DNA from: an uncultured bacterium
GTDB taxonomy: Bacteria; Margulisbacteria; WOR-1; CAVSGV01
Assembly (NCBI GenBank): GCA_963699255.1
Contig: OY969425.1
Span: 1,200,001-1,232,000 of the forward strand
Length of the DNA stretch: 32,000 nucleotides
Direction of reading: 5' to 3'
A model generated the notes under the pieces. The model was given only the letters and a program-made list of their open reading frames with translations, was not told where the DNA came from and made no database searches. How positions within the stretch are numbered: position 1 is the stretch's first letter; every line of letters begins with the position of its first letter. A program made the position numbers and the translations under genes. Below are positions 10,165 to 17,940 of the stretch, piece by piece.

Positions 10165-10650
10165 TTAAAAGCCCTCTTTATTGATATCTTCCCTCTTATG
10201 CTGGCCTCTCGATAGATAGTCATATATAGTGCCCTTTATCATCTCATCCGCGTGTCCGCTGAAGAAATCGTTCAGAGTGTTGATGATCTGCTCTTCCTTA
10301 AAAGGCTTCGTGATATATCCGGCCACCGATTCGGTCGCGGCGGTGAGCAGCTTCTCATCATCTTCATATGCGGTGACAAAAATGACGCCTATCTTGCTCC
10401 CGTATTTGTCGCGTACTTTTTCCACGAACTCCAGTCCGTCCATTTCCGGCATTTTTATATCAGAGAGGATGCATCCGACACGGGGGCTACCGAGGCCGAA
10501 AAAACTTTTTTTCTTCTCAAGGGCCTGGAAAGCTTCCTTCGCGGAATTCACTATGGCAACTTCGTATTTTCCGGTCTTTTTGACGGTGTCCGCGATCTCT
10601 TTCGCGTACTCCGGCTCATCCTCAACGACCAGAACAAAGGGTTTTGCCAT
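10165..10650 (-). CDS. Response regulator (receiver domain, short C-terminal extension without an obvious output domain)
   Basis: VLVVEDEPEYAKEI, CILSDIKMPEMDGLEF (phosphoacceptor Asp), VTAYEDDE, GYITKPF (conserved Lys). Confidence 0.92.
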   Translation of the reverse strand: MAKPFVLVVEDEPEYAKEIADTVKKTGKYEVAIVNSAKEAFQALEKKKSFFGLGSPRVGCILSDIKMPEMDGLEFVEKVRDKYGSKIGVIFVTAYEDDEKLLTAATESVAGYITKPFKEEQIINTLNDFFSGHADEMIKGTIYDYLSRGQHKREDINKEGF

Positions 10651-10660
10651 ATATCTTAAA

Positions 10661-11509
10661 TTATTTTTGCCCCAGCTGGGTGATTATCGCGCTCCCGAAA
10701 CCGCACATAACGACCAGGCATTTGATAAGCCCTCCGATGAAAGGAATAAGGTCTATCAGGAAAAGGATGATCAATCCCCAGACGACCTCAATTATCATCG
10801 GCTGGTTCGGCTTCCTTAACGCCTTTGTGACCTTTTTCCCGATGAGCTGGGAAACAGCTATAGCTCCCATCGTCATGGCTATTGAAATAAGGACCATTTC
10901 AACGAGTATAAGCGGGATCCCTACAATAGATATAACGAGGATAAAAGCCACTGGAAGGATAAGTATCATCCCGAGTAACCCCCAAAGGAATGCTCTGATC
11001 CATGACCTTTCAACACAGGCCGAGATATTACCTATCTGTTGCGTGAAGAACGCGACCATAAACATTGCAAGACCTATGAACCCTATCACCATGAGAACCT
11101 TCATGAAAAGACACCCCGCGAGCCCACAAACTCCGATCATTGGTACACATGCTGGCATATTATTCACACCTTCCTTGCCTATGGCTATTTCCGTGATATT
11201 CCCCTTTATTTTCGCGCCCTCATCCTTAATAACACTGCCTCCAACGGACACGACATCCCCGGCAACCCTCGCCTTGGGGAAAAGATGCACGCTTCCAAGC
11301 ACGGCGACAACATCACCGCCGACGTCGCCCTTTACATTAATATTCCCCTTTATCGCGACAAGGTCCTTAAAAATAAGGCCCTGCCCCATGTTTATATCTT
11401 CATTGACCTTTACGACGGACGAATCCTTAACGAGCACTCTTGCGTGGGAGATAGAGACCATGGAGACCAAAAGGAACGCGGCTATGACCAGAACAAAGAA
11501 CTTTTTCAC
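10661..11509 (-). CDS. Secreted/membrane protein with bactofilin-like (polymer-forming) repeat domain and C-terminal TM segments
   Basis: Signal peptide MKKFFVLVIAAFLLVSMVSISHA, then repeating VKGDVGGDVVAVLGSVHLFPKARVAGDVVSVGGSV, then several hydrophobic helices. Confidence 0.6.
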   Translation of the reverse strand: MKKFFVLVIAAFLLVSMVSISHARVLVKDSSVVKVNEDINMGQGLIFKDLVAIKGNINVKGDVGGDVVAVLGSVHLFPKARVAGDVVSVGGSVIKDEGAKIKGNITEIAIGKEGVNNMPACVPMIGVCGLAGCLFMKVLMVIGFIGLAMFMVAFFTQQIGNISACVERSWIRAFLWGLLGMILILPVAFILVISIVGIPLILVEMVLISIAMTMGAIAVSQLIGKKVTKALRKPNQPMIIEVVWGLIILFLIDLIPFIGGLIKCLVVMCGFGSAIITQLGQK

Positions 11510-11545
11510 CTGACTCCCCCTTTCAAACCTCGAAAAATTATAGCA

Positions 11546-11632
11546 AAAGAGATGTGAGATGTGAAGTGCGAGATGTGAAGAAACCTCTAATCTCTGATCT
11601 CTAGTCTCAAATCTCTACTTTTTTCTCCTCTT
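11546..11632. repeat. Short-period GAGATGTGA-type tandem followed by its pyrimidine-rich imperfect inverse (potential hairpin)
   Basis: agagatgtgagatgtgaagtgcgagatgtgaag ... cctctaatctctgatctctagtctcaaatctct. Confidence 0.5.
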
Positions 11633-11854
11633 TGCCTTTTTAAACCAGAATTTCGGGACCTCTATCTCGATCTCTTCCCCCGGCTTATAAACGGCCGTTA
11701 ACATAAGCTCGAACCCGATTATGATCACGAAGATCGGCCAGATATATTTCCAGGCGAACCCGGGCAGTATCTCAACCGCCTGAAGCATGAGAACTATCCC
11801 GGCCAAGAACACGGTGATCCCCCAAAAGAGCCTTCTTATCGATGTAGGAGTCAT
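11615..11854 (-). CDS. Small two-TM membrane protein (LiaI/LiaF-like TM region)
   Basis: MTPTSIRRLFWGITVFLAGIVLMLQAVEILPGFAWKYIWPIFVIIIGFELMLTAVYK..., Lys/Arg-rich C-terminus. The ORF extends to 11887 but Met at 11854 looks more natural. Confidence 0.55.
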   Translation of the reverse strand: MTPTSIRRLFWGITVFLAGIVLMLQAVEILPGFAWKYIWPIFVIIIGFELMLTAVYKPGEEIEIEVPKFWFKKAKRRKK

Positions 11855-11929
11855 TTTCTCACCTCTCGCGCAATGATAGCATGGCACTTGTTATTGGGCA
11901 AGGGTGTTGAAGCATGTTAAAATACCATC

Positions 11930-13198
11930 ATGTGCTACACGATACCAGGAAAGGTCGTTGAAATTTCAGGTCATACCGCGATCATCGACTATTTCGGTGA
12001 AAAAAGGAAGGCCCTGAACGAGCTCGTGGACCTCAAGGTCGGCGATTACATCTACGCCCAGGGCGGATTCGTCATAAACACGCTCCCCGAAGCCGAAGCC
12101 TTGCAGGTGCTGGACGACTGGCGGGACATATTCTTCGCGCTCCAGAGGACGGACGTCCGCCTCTCGCGTCTCAAGCTTGACGACACAGGCGTGGACAGGT
12201 CTTTCGTCCGCATCCTTGATAAAGCGGCAGAGGCTAAGACGCTCGAAAGAGAAGAGCTGCTGGCGCTTATCCGGACAAAGAACAAAAAAGAGCTGAACCT
12301 TCTTTTCAAGGTCGCCAATTTCCTCCGGCAGAAATACCTTAAGAACGCGTGCTGCGTGCACGGGATAATCGAGTTCTCCAATTACTGCGTGAACGATTGC
12401 GAATACTGCGGGATAAGGAAAAGTGCCAAGATACCAAGATACCGGATGCCAGATATGGAAATACTTCAAGCTGTCGATGAAGCCGTTAACAAATACGGTT
12501 TCAAGGCCCTGGTGCTGCAGTCGGGTGAGGATCCCGAATTTTCAACTGACCGGCTGGCTGAAGTGATAAAAGAGATCAAAAAGAGATATGCCGTCCTTAT
12601 TTTCATATCGGTCGGGGAGATCGGCAAGCACGGCCTTCAAAAACTTTATGACGCGGGCGCCAGAGGGCTGCTTTTAAGGTTCGAGACCAGCAACCCCTGG
12701 CTATACTCGAAGCTGCACTGCGGCGACGAGCTTGAAGACAGGCTTAATGATATCAGAGATGCTTATGGGATAGGCTATCTGATACTGACGGGGGGATTGA
12801 TCGGTTTGCCCGGCCAGACCGAAGAAGATCTTTTGAACGATATCCTGCTCACGAAGGCGCTTCATGCGGAGATGTATTCATTCGGCCCTGTCCTTCCCAA
12901 TGGGCCGGAAACAGAGCTTGTGCTAAAGGTCCTTGCCGTGTCCAGGATCGTGGACCCCATGAACGCAAAGATCGTTGTTACCACCGGCTTTGAAACTCTC
13001 GAAAAGAACGCCAGGTCCCTGGGGCTTATGGCCGGCGCGAATTCGATGATGCTCAACGTGACGCCCATGAAATACAGGAAACTCTACAGCATCTATCCGA
13101 ACCGCGCCCACGAGGATGAGGAGATCGATGCTCAAATAAAGGAAGCTGTTGACCTGCTTTATTCTCTCGGAAGGGCACCTACAGATATAGGAATATAG
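11930..13198 (+). CDS. HypC domain fused to a HydE-like radical SAM [FeFe]-hydrogenase maturase
   Basis: aa 1-~75 match HypC (MCYTIPGKVVEISG...IDYFG..RKALNELV..VGDYIYAQGGFVINTLPEAEA). The remainder is HydE-like with radical SAM CX3CX2C (NYCVNDCEYCGIR, 12386-12409), LQSGED, LLLRFETSNPWLY, GLPGQTEEDLLNDI, GANSMMLNVTP..YR..YSIYPN. Confidence 0.9.
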   Translation: MCYTIPGKVVEISGHTAIIDYFGEKRKALNELVDLKVGDYIYAQGGFVINTLPEAEALQVLDDWRDIFFALQRTDVRLSRLKLDDTGVDRSFVRILDKAAEAKTLEREELLALIRTKNKKELNLLFKVANFLRQKYLKNACCVHGIIEFSNYCVNDCEYCGIRKSAKIPRYRMPDMEILQAVDEAVNKYGFKALVLQSGEDPEFSTDRLAEVIKEIKKRYAVLIFISVGEIGKHGLQKLYDAGARGLLLRFETSNPWLYSKLHCGDELEDRLNDIRDAYGIGYLILTGGLIGLPGQTEEDLLNDILLTKALHAEMYSFGPVLPNGPETELVLKVLAVSRIVDPMNAKIVVTTGFETLEKNARSLGLMAGANSMMLNVTPMKYRKLYSIYPNRAHEDEEIDAQIKEAVDLLYSLGRAPTDIGI

Positions 13199-13350
13199 GA
13201 ACAAGGGAATATGGGGATATGGTCTGGGGATTCAGGAAAAAAGGAAAGAGGAAAATAATAACACCTGATTATATGTAAGCTTCACCTGTTTTCCTTTATC
13301 CCTATTTTCCTAAACCATATCCCTATATCCCCACTTCCCAATATTCCTTT
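13190..13350. repeat. Long imperfect inverted repeat between the HypC-HydE gene and the diaphorase/hydrogenase operon
   Basis: Left arm ggaatatggggatatggtctggggattcaggaaaaaaggaaagaggaaaat; right arm reverse complement gggaagtggggatatagggatatggtttaggaaaatagggataaaggaaaac. Confidence 0.6.
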
Positions 13351-13417
13351 CTCACAGTATGTTTGACGGCGAAGGCCATTCTTGATAAAATCAGGTCAGT
13401 ATTCTCTCTCCAAATAT

Positions 13418-14497
13418 ATGAAACAATACTTTATCAGTACTGCTAATTTTCAGGAATTGGTAAAAAAATTACTTAATGAATCGCCCGTTATCGCCCCCGT
13501 TAAATCTTTTAATAACCGCAATTTTGAGGAGATAAACGCGAAAAACCTCGAATGCATCGATATTTCCGGCTTCAGGACAGTGGAACCGTTCAAATCATAT
13601 CTTTTTAAATTGATCGAGAAAACCTCCGGATATTTTGGCAGCGACGAACCAACGCACGGGAAAGCGCTGACGATCATCGGCGCGCGGGGATGCGACCTTG
13701 AAGCGCTTGAGGTGCTGGACAGGGTCTTCGGCGAGGGCGACTTCAAGGATCCTTTCTATATATCCAGCCGCGAAAAGGTCCTTGTGATCGGGGCCGATTG
13801 CACCGACTGCGGGAAGACCTGTTTTTGCACCATGGTCAACGGCAAGCCGTATCCGGTCAAACTATTTGATCTGAACCTGTCCTCTATCAATGACGGATAT
13901 GTGGCGGCGGTCGGGTCAGATAAGGGCGGAAAGTTAATAGAAGACAATCCATTATTGTTCCTGCCGGCCACATCGATCTCCCTTGATGAAAAAGGGAAAA
14001 ATAGGGAAAAAACTATCGATCTGCTTGAGGAGAACAATAAAAACTTCAAGCTCAAACTTGACCTATCACTGACACATAAAAAGAACATTGAGAACAAGAT
14101 ATGGAAGGTCCTGACAAAGGACTGCGTTGAGTGCAGCGCCTGCAATTTTATTTGCCCCACCTGCACGTGTTTTCTCCTGCTTGACCAGAAAAATCCCCGA
14201 CACTCTGGTCGGAGCAAGGACGAGGCTGAGTACGAAAGATATAAGGTATGGGATGCGTGCCTTAAGGCCGGATACCAGAAAGTCGCCGGCGGAAGCAATC
14301 CCAGGGGCAGGCTTTCCGAGCGGCTCCAGAACAGGTATCATTGCAAATTCGATTACTCTTTTGACAGGCTGAACCGCTACACCTGCGTCGGATGCGGAAG
14401 GTGCATAGACGGGTGCGCGGGGAACATAGATATGCGGAAGATATTCGTCGAACTTGAGAAACAGGCGCCTCTGACGGCAAAACTGGAAGCACTATGA
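13418..14497 (+). CDS. 4Fe-4S dicluster protein related to sulfhydrogenase beta subunit / anaerobic sulfite reductase subunit A
   Basis: GARGCDLEALEVLDRVF, CTDCGKTCFCTMV, CVECSACNFICPTCTCFLL, CVGCGRCIDGCAGNIDM. ORF is open to TTG 13382; ATG 13418 also possible. Confidence 0.85.
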   Translation: MKQYFISTANFQELVKKLLNESPVIAPVKSFNNRNFEEINAKNLECIDISGFRTVEPFKSYLFKLIEKTSGYFGSDEPTHGKALTIIGARGCDLEALEVLDRVFGEGDFKDPFYISSREKVLVIGADCTDCGKTCFCTMVNGKPYPVKLFDLNLSSINDGYVAAVGSDKGGKLIEDNPLLFLPATSISLDEKGKNREKTIDLLEENNKNFKLKLDLSLTHKKNIENKIWKVLTKDCVECSACNFICPTCTCFLLLDQKNPRHSGRSKDEAEYERYKVWDACLKAGYQKVAGGSNPRGRLSERLQNRYHCKFDYSFDRLNRYTCVGCGRCIDGCAGNIDMRKIFVELEKQAPLTAKLEAL

Positions 14498-15309
14498 ACG
14501 AAAATCCATACAGACCGGTAAAATCCAAGATCGAGGCGGTCATTACCGAGACCCCGACGATAAAGACCTTTGTCCTGAGGCCCGAGGAAAAGTTGTCTTT
14601 TGAATCGGGGCAGTTCATGCAGGTGACGGTACCGGGGATGGGCGAGTGCCCGTTCACGCCTTCTTCCGATCCCAAAAAAACAGATACCATCGAATTTACG
14701 ATAATGAAAGCCGGGAGCGTCACAAAGAGGCTCCACGAAATGAAGGAAGGCGAATATCTGGGAATACGGGGCCCTTACGGAAAGCCCTACCCTATCAGGG
14801 CCTTTTACGGAAAAGAAGTTTATGTCGTGGGCGGCGGCGTGGGACTGGCCCCGCTCAGGGCCCTTCTATTCGCGCTGTCCCACGAACTTGACCACCTGAA
14901 CAAGATAGAGGTCAGGTTCGGCGCGCGGACCCCGAGCGACATTTCGTACAAGAAAGCAATAGACGATTGGAGAAAATGGAAGAACACGAACATAGTCATC
15001 ACGGTGGATGCTTCTGAGCCGGGCTGGACCGGCAACGTCGGCTTGGTCACGACGATCCTGAAAGATGGCGATGTAAAAGTAAATAATGCCGTTGCCATAC
15101 TCTGCGGACCGCCAATTATGATGAAGTTCGCGAACAAAAGACTTCTCGACATGGGGTTTGACCCGAAGGGCATCTATCTGTCAATGGAAAAGAACATGAG
15201 CTGCGGCATAGGAAAATGTTTTCACTGCAACCTTGGGAAGTATTTTTGCTGCAAGGACGGCCCCGTGTTCACATGGGACCAGATTAAGGACATACCCGAA
15301 CCATGGTAG
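14494..15309 (+). CDS. FAD/NAD(P)-binding oxidoreductase related to sulfhydrogenase gamma / AsrB (diaphorase subunit)
   Basis: FVLRPEEKLSFESGQFMQVTVPGMGECPFTPSS, GPYGKPYPI, VVGGGVGLAPLRALL, C-terminal CGIGKCFHCNLGKYFCCKDGPVF 2Fe-2S-type motif. Confidence 0.88.
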   Translation: MNENPYRPVKSKIEAVITETPTIKTFVLRPEEKLSFESGQFMQVTVPGMGECPFTPSSDPKKTDTIEFTIMKAGSVTKRLHEMKEGEYLGIRGPYGKPYPIRAFYGKEVYVVGGGVGLAPLRALLFALSHELDHLNKIEVRFGARTPSDISYKKAIDDWRKWKNTNIVITVDASEPGWTGNVGLVTTILKDGDVKVNNAVAILCGPPIMMKFANKRLLDMGFDPKGIYLSMEKNMSCGIGKCFHCNLGKYFCCKDGPVFTWDQIKDIPEPW

Positions 15310-16727
15310 ATAAAAGAAAGACCACATGCCTTTTTTGTTCGCTCGGCTGCGGAGTGGCGTTCAGGACCGCAGCCGGACAGATCACAGCCATTGATTATGA
15401 CAGGGATAACCCGATCAATCAGGGTTCTCTTTGCCCCCGGGGTTATTACAATCTTGAGCTCATCAACCATCCGCAAAGGCTGACCCAGCCGCAGATCGGT
15501 AAAAGGAAAGTTTCATGGGATGAGGCGATCTCCTCCGCAAAAAGAGAGATGAAAAAGTTCGATCCCTCGTCCATCGGGATAGCGTTGTCCTCCATGGCAA
15601 GTAATGAGGATGCTTACGCGGCTTGCCTCATGGCGAATTCGATGGGAATAAAGAAAGTTTCATCGGTCGGGGATCCCGCAGATATCGAAGCGTTCGAGGG
15701 GGACAGATGGAGCGTTGAAGGATCGTCCCTTGAGAACATCGAGGGGATCGGCGGCCGCGACGCACTTCTGATAATTGGCGATATTCTGACCCGTTCGCCT
15801 GTGCTTTCAAAGTGGATCAACAAGGTTAAATACGGAAAAAGAGGCAATCAGATCATAGTGATCGATCCCAACACATCCCACACTTCCTGGTTCGCGACAA
15901 CGCACTTGAAAAACAGGCCGGGAACTGATGCGATCCTGATGGCCGCGATCCTGAAGGTGATCGCGGAGGAGAACAAAAGAGGGAGCATCGACATTGACCT
16001 GCAGAACGTCGCTCAGACCGTCGGGATCCCCGCTGAAGCAATAATCAGGGCGGCAAAGTCTTTTGACGAGGCGGAGTCGGGAACGATAATATTCGCGCCG
16101 GGAAGGAACATCCAGAGGAACGATCTGGTCCAATATTTTGTCAAAGCGGCTTCGAGCTTTTCGATCAATAAAAAGCACATTACTTTCTACAGCTTCGGCA
16201 ATGCTTTCGGCGTCAACACGATAATTGATTCGATGGTGGAAGGTCGGGAAAAGGGCATCAGCGGCGCAAAAGCCTTGATCTCTCTGGGTGAAAATGCCTT
16301 TGTTCCTGGAGTCAAGTTCACCGTATTATCAACTTACTTTGCGCCTGATGCGCTCGATGAAAGCACGGTCGTTCTTCCATTAGCCAGTCACATGGAGAGG
16401 AAGGGCAATGTGACCATGGCAGGGGGAAGGAACGTGAATTTCAAGCCGATAGTCCATAAGGTTGGCGGCAGGTCAAATGTGAAGATCATAAATTCCCTCG
16501 CTGATATAAAAATGGATTTTGACGAGATCCTGGCTCAGACAAGCCGGGTCCTCGCCCTAGGCATGAAAGTGGAGAAAGTCGACCTGAAACAGAAGATATC
16601 CGAGGCGCGGGATATCGCAGCAAGGCCTTCCGCCGCGGCAGAGAACATAACGCATTTCGGCAACAACGAGCTTGTTAAGAGGTTCTTCTGGTACAGGGTC
16701 AATAACAAAACCGGGGAGATGACATGA
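15303..16727 (+). CDS. Truncated molybdopterin-oxidoreductase (NuoG/FdhA-like) subunit, 474 aa
   Basis: N-terminal 4Fe-4S motif CLFCSLGC...NPINQGSLCPRG, LINHPQRLTQP, ALLIIGDIL, VIDPNTSHT, VVLPLASHMERKGNVTMAGGRNVNF. No C-terminal dinucleotide-binding domain. Confidence 0.82.
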   Translation: MVDKRKTTCLFCSLGCGVAFRTAAGQITAIDYDRDNPINQGSLCPRGYYNLELINHPQRLTQPQIGKRKVSWDEAISSAKREMKKFDPSSIGIALSSMASNEDAYAACLMANSMGIKKVSSVGDPADIEAFEGDRWSVEGSSLENIEGIGGRDALLIIGDILTRSPVLSKWINKVKYGKRGNQIIVIDPNTSHTSWFATTHLKNRPGTDAILMAAILKVIAEENKRGSIDIDLQNVAQTVGIPAEAIIRAAKSFDEAESGTIIFAPGRNIQRNDLVQYFVKAASSFSINKKHITFYSFGNAFGVNTIIDSMVEGREKGISGAKALISLGENAFVPGVKFTVLSTYFAPDALDESTVVLPLASHMERKGNVTMAGGRNVNFKPIVHKVGGRSNVKIINSLADIKMDFDEILAQTSRVLALGMKVEKVDLKQKISEARDIAARPSAAAENITHFGNNELVKRFFWYRVNNKTGEMT

Positions 16728-17260
16728 CACAACAGCCGGATGTGAGGATCGATTCCGCGGTGCCGCGAGAAAAGTTCAACGGCAAAAGGGTCTATTTGAA
16801 CCTAGACCTTTGCTGCGGCTGCAGAAGCTGCGCCGCGGCCTGCGCGTACGGGCACCACATTCAGTCCCTTTTGGGCCACGGCAAGCTCGAGACTGAAGCA
16901 GAACTTCCTCTGCACTGCCTGCACTGCGATCAGCCGGCCTGCGCCGCTGCATGCCCTAATGAAGCAATGAAGAAAATGGACGATGGGATCGTCCTGAGAA
17001 GCCATTTTAAATGCGTCGGCTGCGGCTCATGCGCCGTAGCCTGCCCCTTCGGAGTGATCCATCCGGACCTCACAAAGCATATGGTCCCTAAATGCGATCT
17101 CTGCATCGATCGCCTGGCCGAAAGCGAGATACCCAGATGCGTGCAGAGCTGCACATCCGGAGCCCTTACTTTTGAGGAGATAGATGAGCAGGTAGTGGAT
17201 GAGAAAAAGAACCTGGCTTCTGTAAGGATACTTTCCAATTTTATCGGAAGGAGGAGATGA
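16724..17260 (+). CDS. Four-cluster 4Fe-4S ferredoxin-like electron transfer subunit (HycB/HydN-like)
   Basis: CCGCRSCAAACAYG, CLHCDQPACAAACPNEAM, CVGCGSCAVACPFG, CDLC...CVQSCTSGAL. Confidence 0.88.
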   Translation: MTQQPDVRIDSAVPREKFNGKRVYLNLDLCCGCRSCAAACAYGHHIQSLLGHGKLETEAELPLHCLHCDQPACAAACPNEAMKKMDDGIVLRSHFKCVGCGSCAVACPFGVIHPDLTKHMVPKCDLCIDRLAESEIPRCVQSCTSGALTFEEIDEQVVDEKKNLASVRILSNFIGRRR

Positions 17261-17940
17261 TGATGGCAAAACCTGAAGAACACATGGATAAAGCGTGCGT
17301 CTGTCTTCGGGAAGGCAAGTTCCGCGACGCGATAAAAGAATATCAGGAGGCGCTCCGGATAGACCCGAACAATGCGATAGCCCACAGATCTTTGGGGAGC
17401 TTATATTACCGTCAAACTATGCTCGATGAATCGATCGCCGAATTCAACAAGGCTATCCAGTTGAATCCGAACTATTCTGACGCTCATTACGAACTGGGGG
17501 TCTCGCTTTACAGGAGAGGAAGACTTGAGGAAGCGGTCAGATCGTTCGATGAGGCGCTGAGGATCAATCCTAATTTTCTGATCGCGAGATACTGGTTGGG
17601 TCTCTCATATTATTATATCGGAAAGCTTAATGAGGCAATAAAGGAATTCGATGCGGTAATAGACAAAGGGCCGAAGATAGAGATAGCCCATTACCACCTC
17701 GGCTCGGCTCTGGAGCAGGAAGGGAAGTTCGATGAAGCTATCCGGCAGTTCGAGGAGTTCGTAAAGGAGGTCCCGGAAAGCGCGGCGGCATACTATCACC
17801 TGGGGGTGAATTACTACAATAAGGGCGACGTCGAAAAGGCGATCGTAAATTTTAAAAAAGCGGTCGAGATCGATCCTTCGGATGAGCGGGCGAGAAAAAA
17901 TCTTTCAATGCTGGAGGACCTAAGGAGCCAGTTTTTTTAG
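17257..17940 (+). CDS. Tetratricopeptide repeat protein embedded in the hydrogenase operon
   Basis: Six or so TPR units (e.g. AIAHRSLGSLYYRQTMLDESIAEFNKAIQLNPNY); start overlaps the upstream stop (ATGA). Confidence 0.88.
   Translation: MMMAKPEEHMDKACVCLREGKFRDAIKEYQEALRIDPNNAIAHRSLGSLYYRQTMLDESIAEFNKAIQLNPNYSDAHYELGVSLYRRGRLEEAVRSFDEALRINPNFLIARYWLGLSYYYIGKLNEAIKEFDAVIDKGPKIEIAHYHLGSALEQEGKFDEAIRQFEEFVKEVPESAAAYYHLGVNYYNKGDVEKAIVNFKKAVEIDPSDERARKNLSMLEDLRSQFF

Noticed and set aside
10644-11513. 289-aa plus-strand ORF
   Set aside because: It lies antisense to the 10661-11509 minus gene. The minus product has a signal peptide and coherent repeats, while the plus product is low-complexity Thr/Ile/Pro-rich.
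11882-11900. TGGCACTTGTTATTGGGC as a sigma-54 -24/-12 promoter before hypC-hydE
   Set aside because: The -24 half matches, but the GG-to-GC spacing does not fit the 10-nt rule (GC at the -12 position is absent).
11930-13198. Biotin synthase (BioB) as an alternative identity for the radical SAM part
   Set aside because: Motifs such as LLLRFETSNPWLY and GANSMMLNVTP..YR..YSIYPN fit HydE, and the hydrogenase context supports it.
15303-16727. Annotation as a functional formate dehydrogenase alpha subunit
   Set aside because: Too short, lacks the C-terminal domain and an identifiable catalytic Cys/Sec segment; called NuoG/FdhA-like only.
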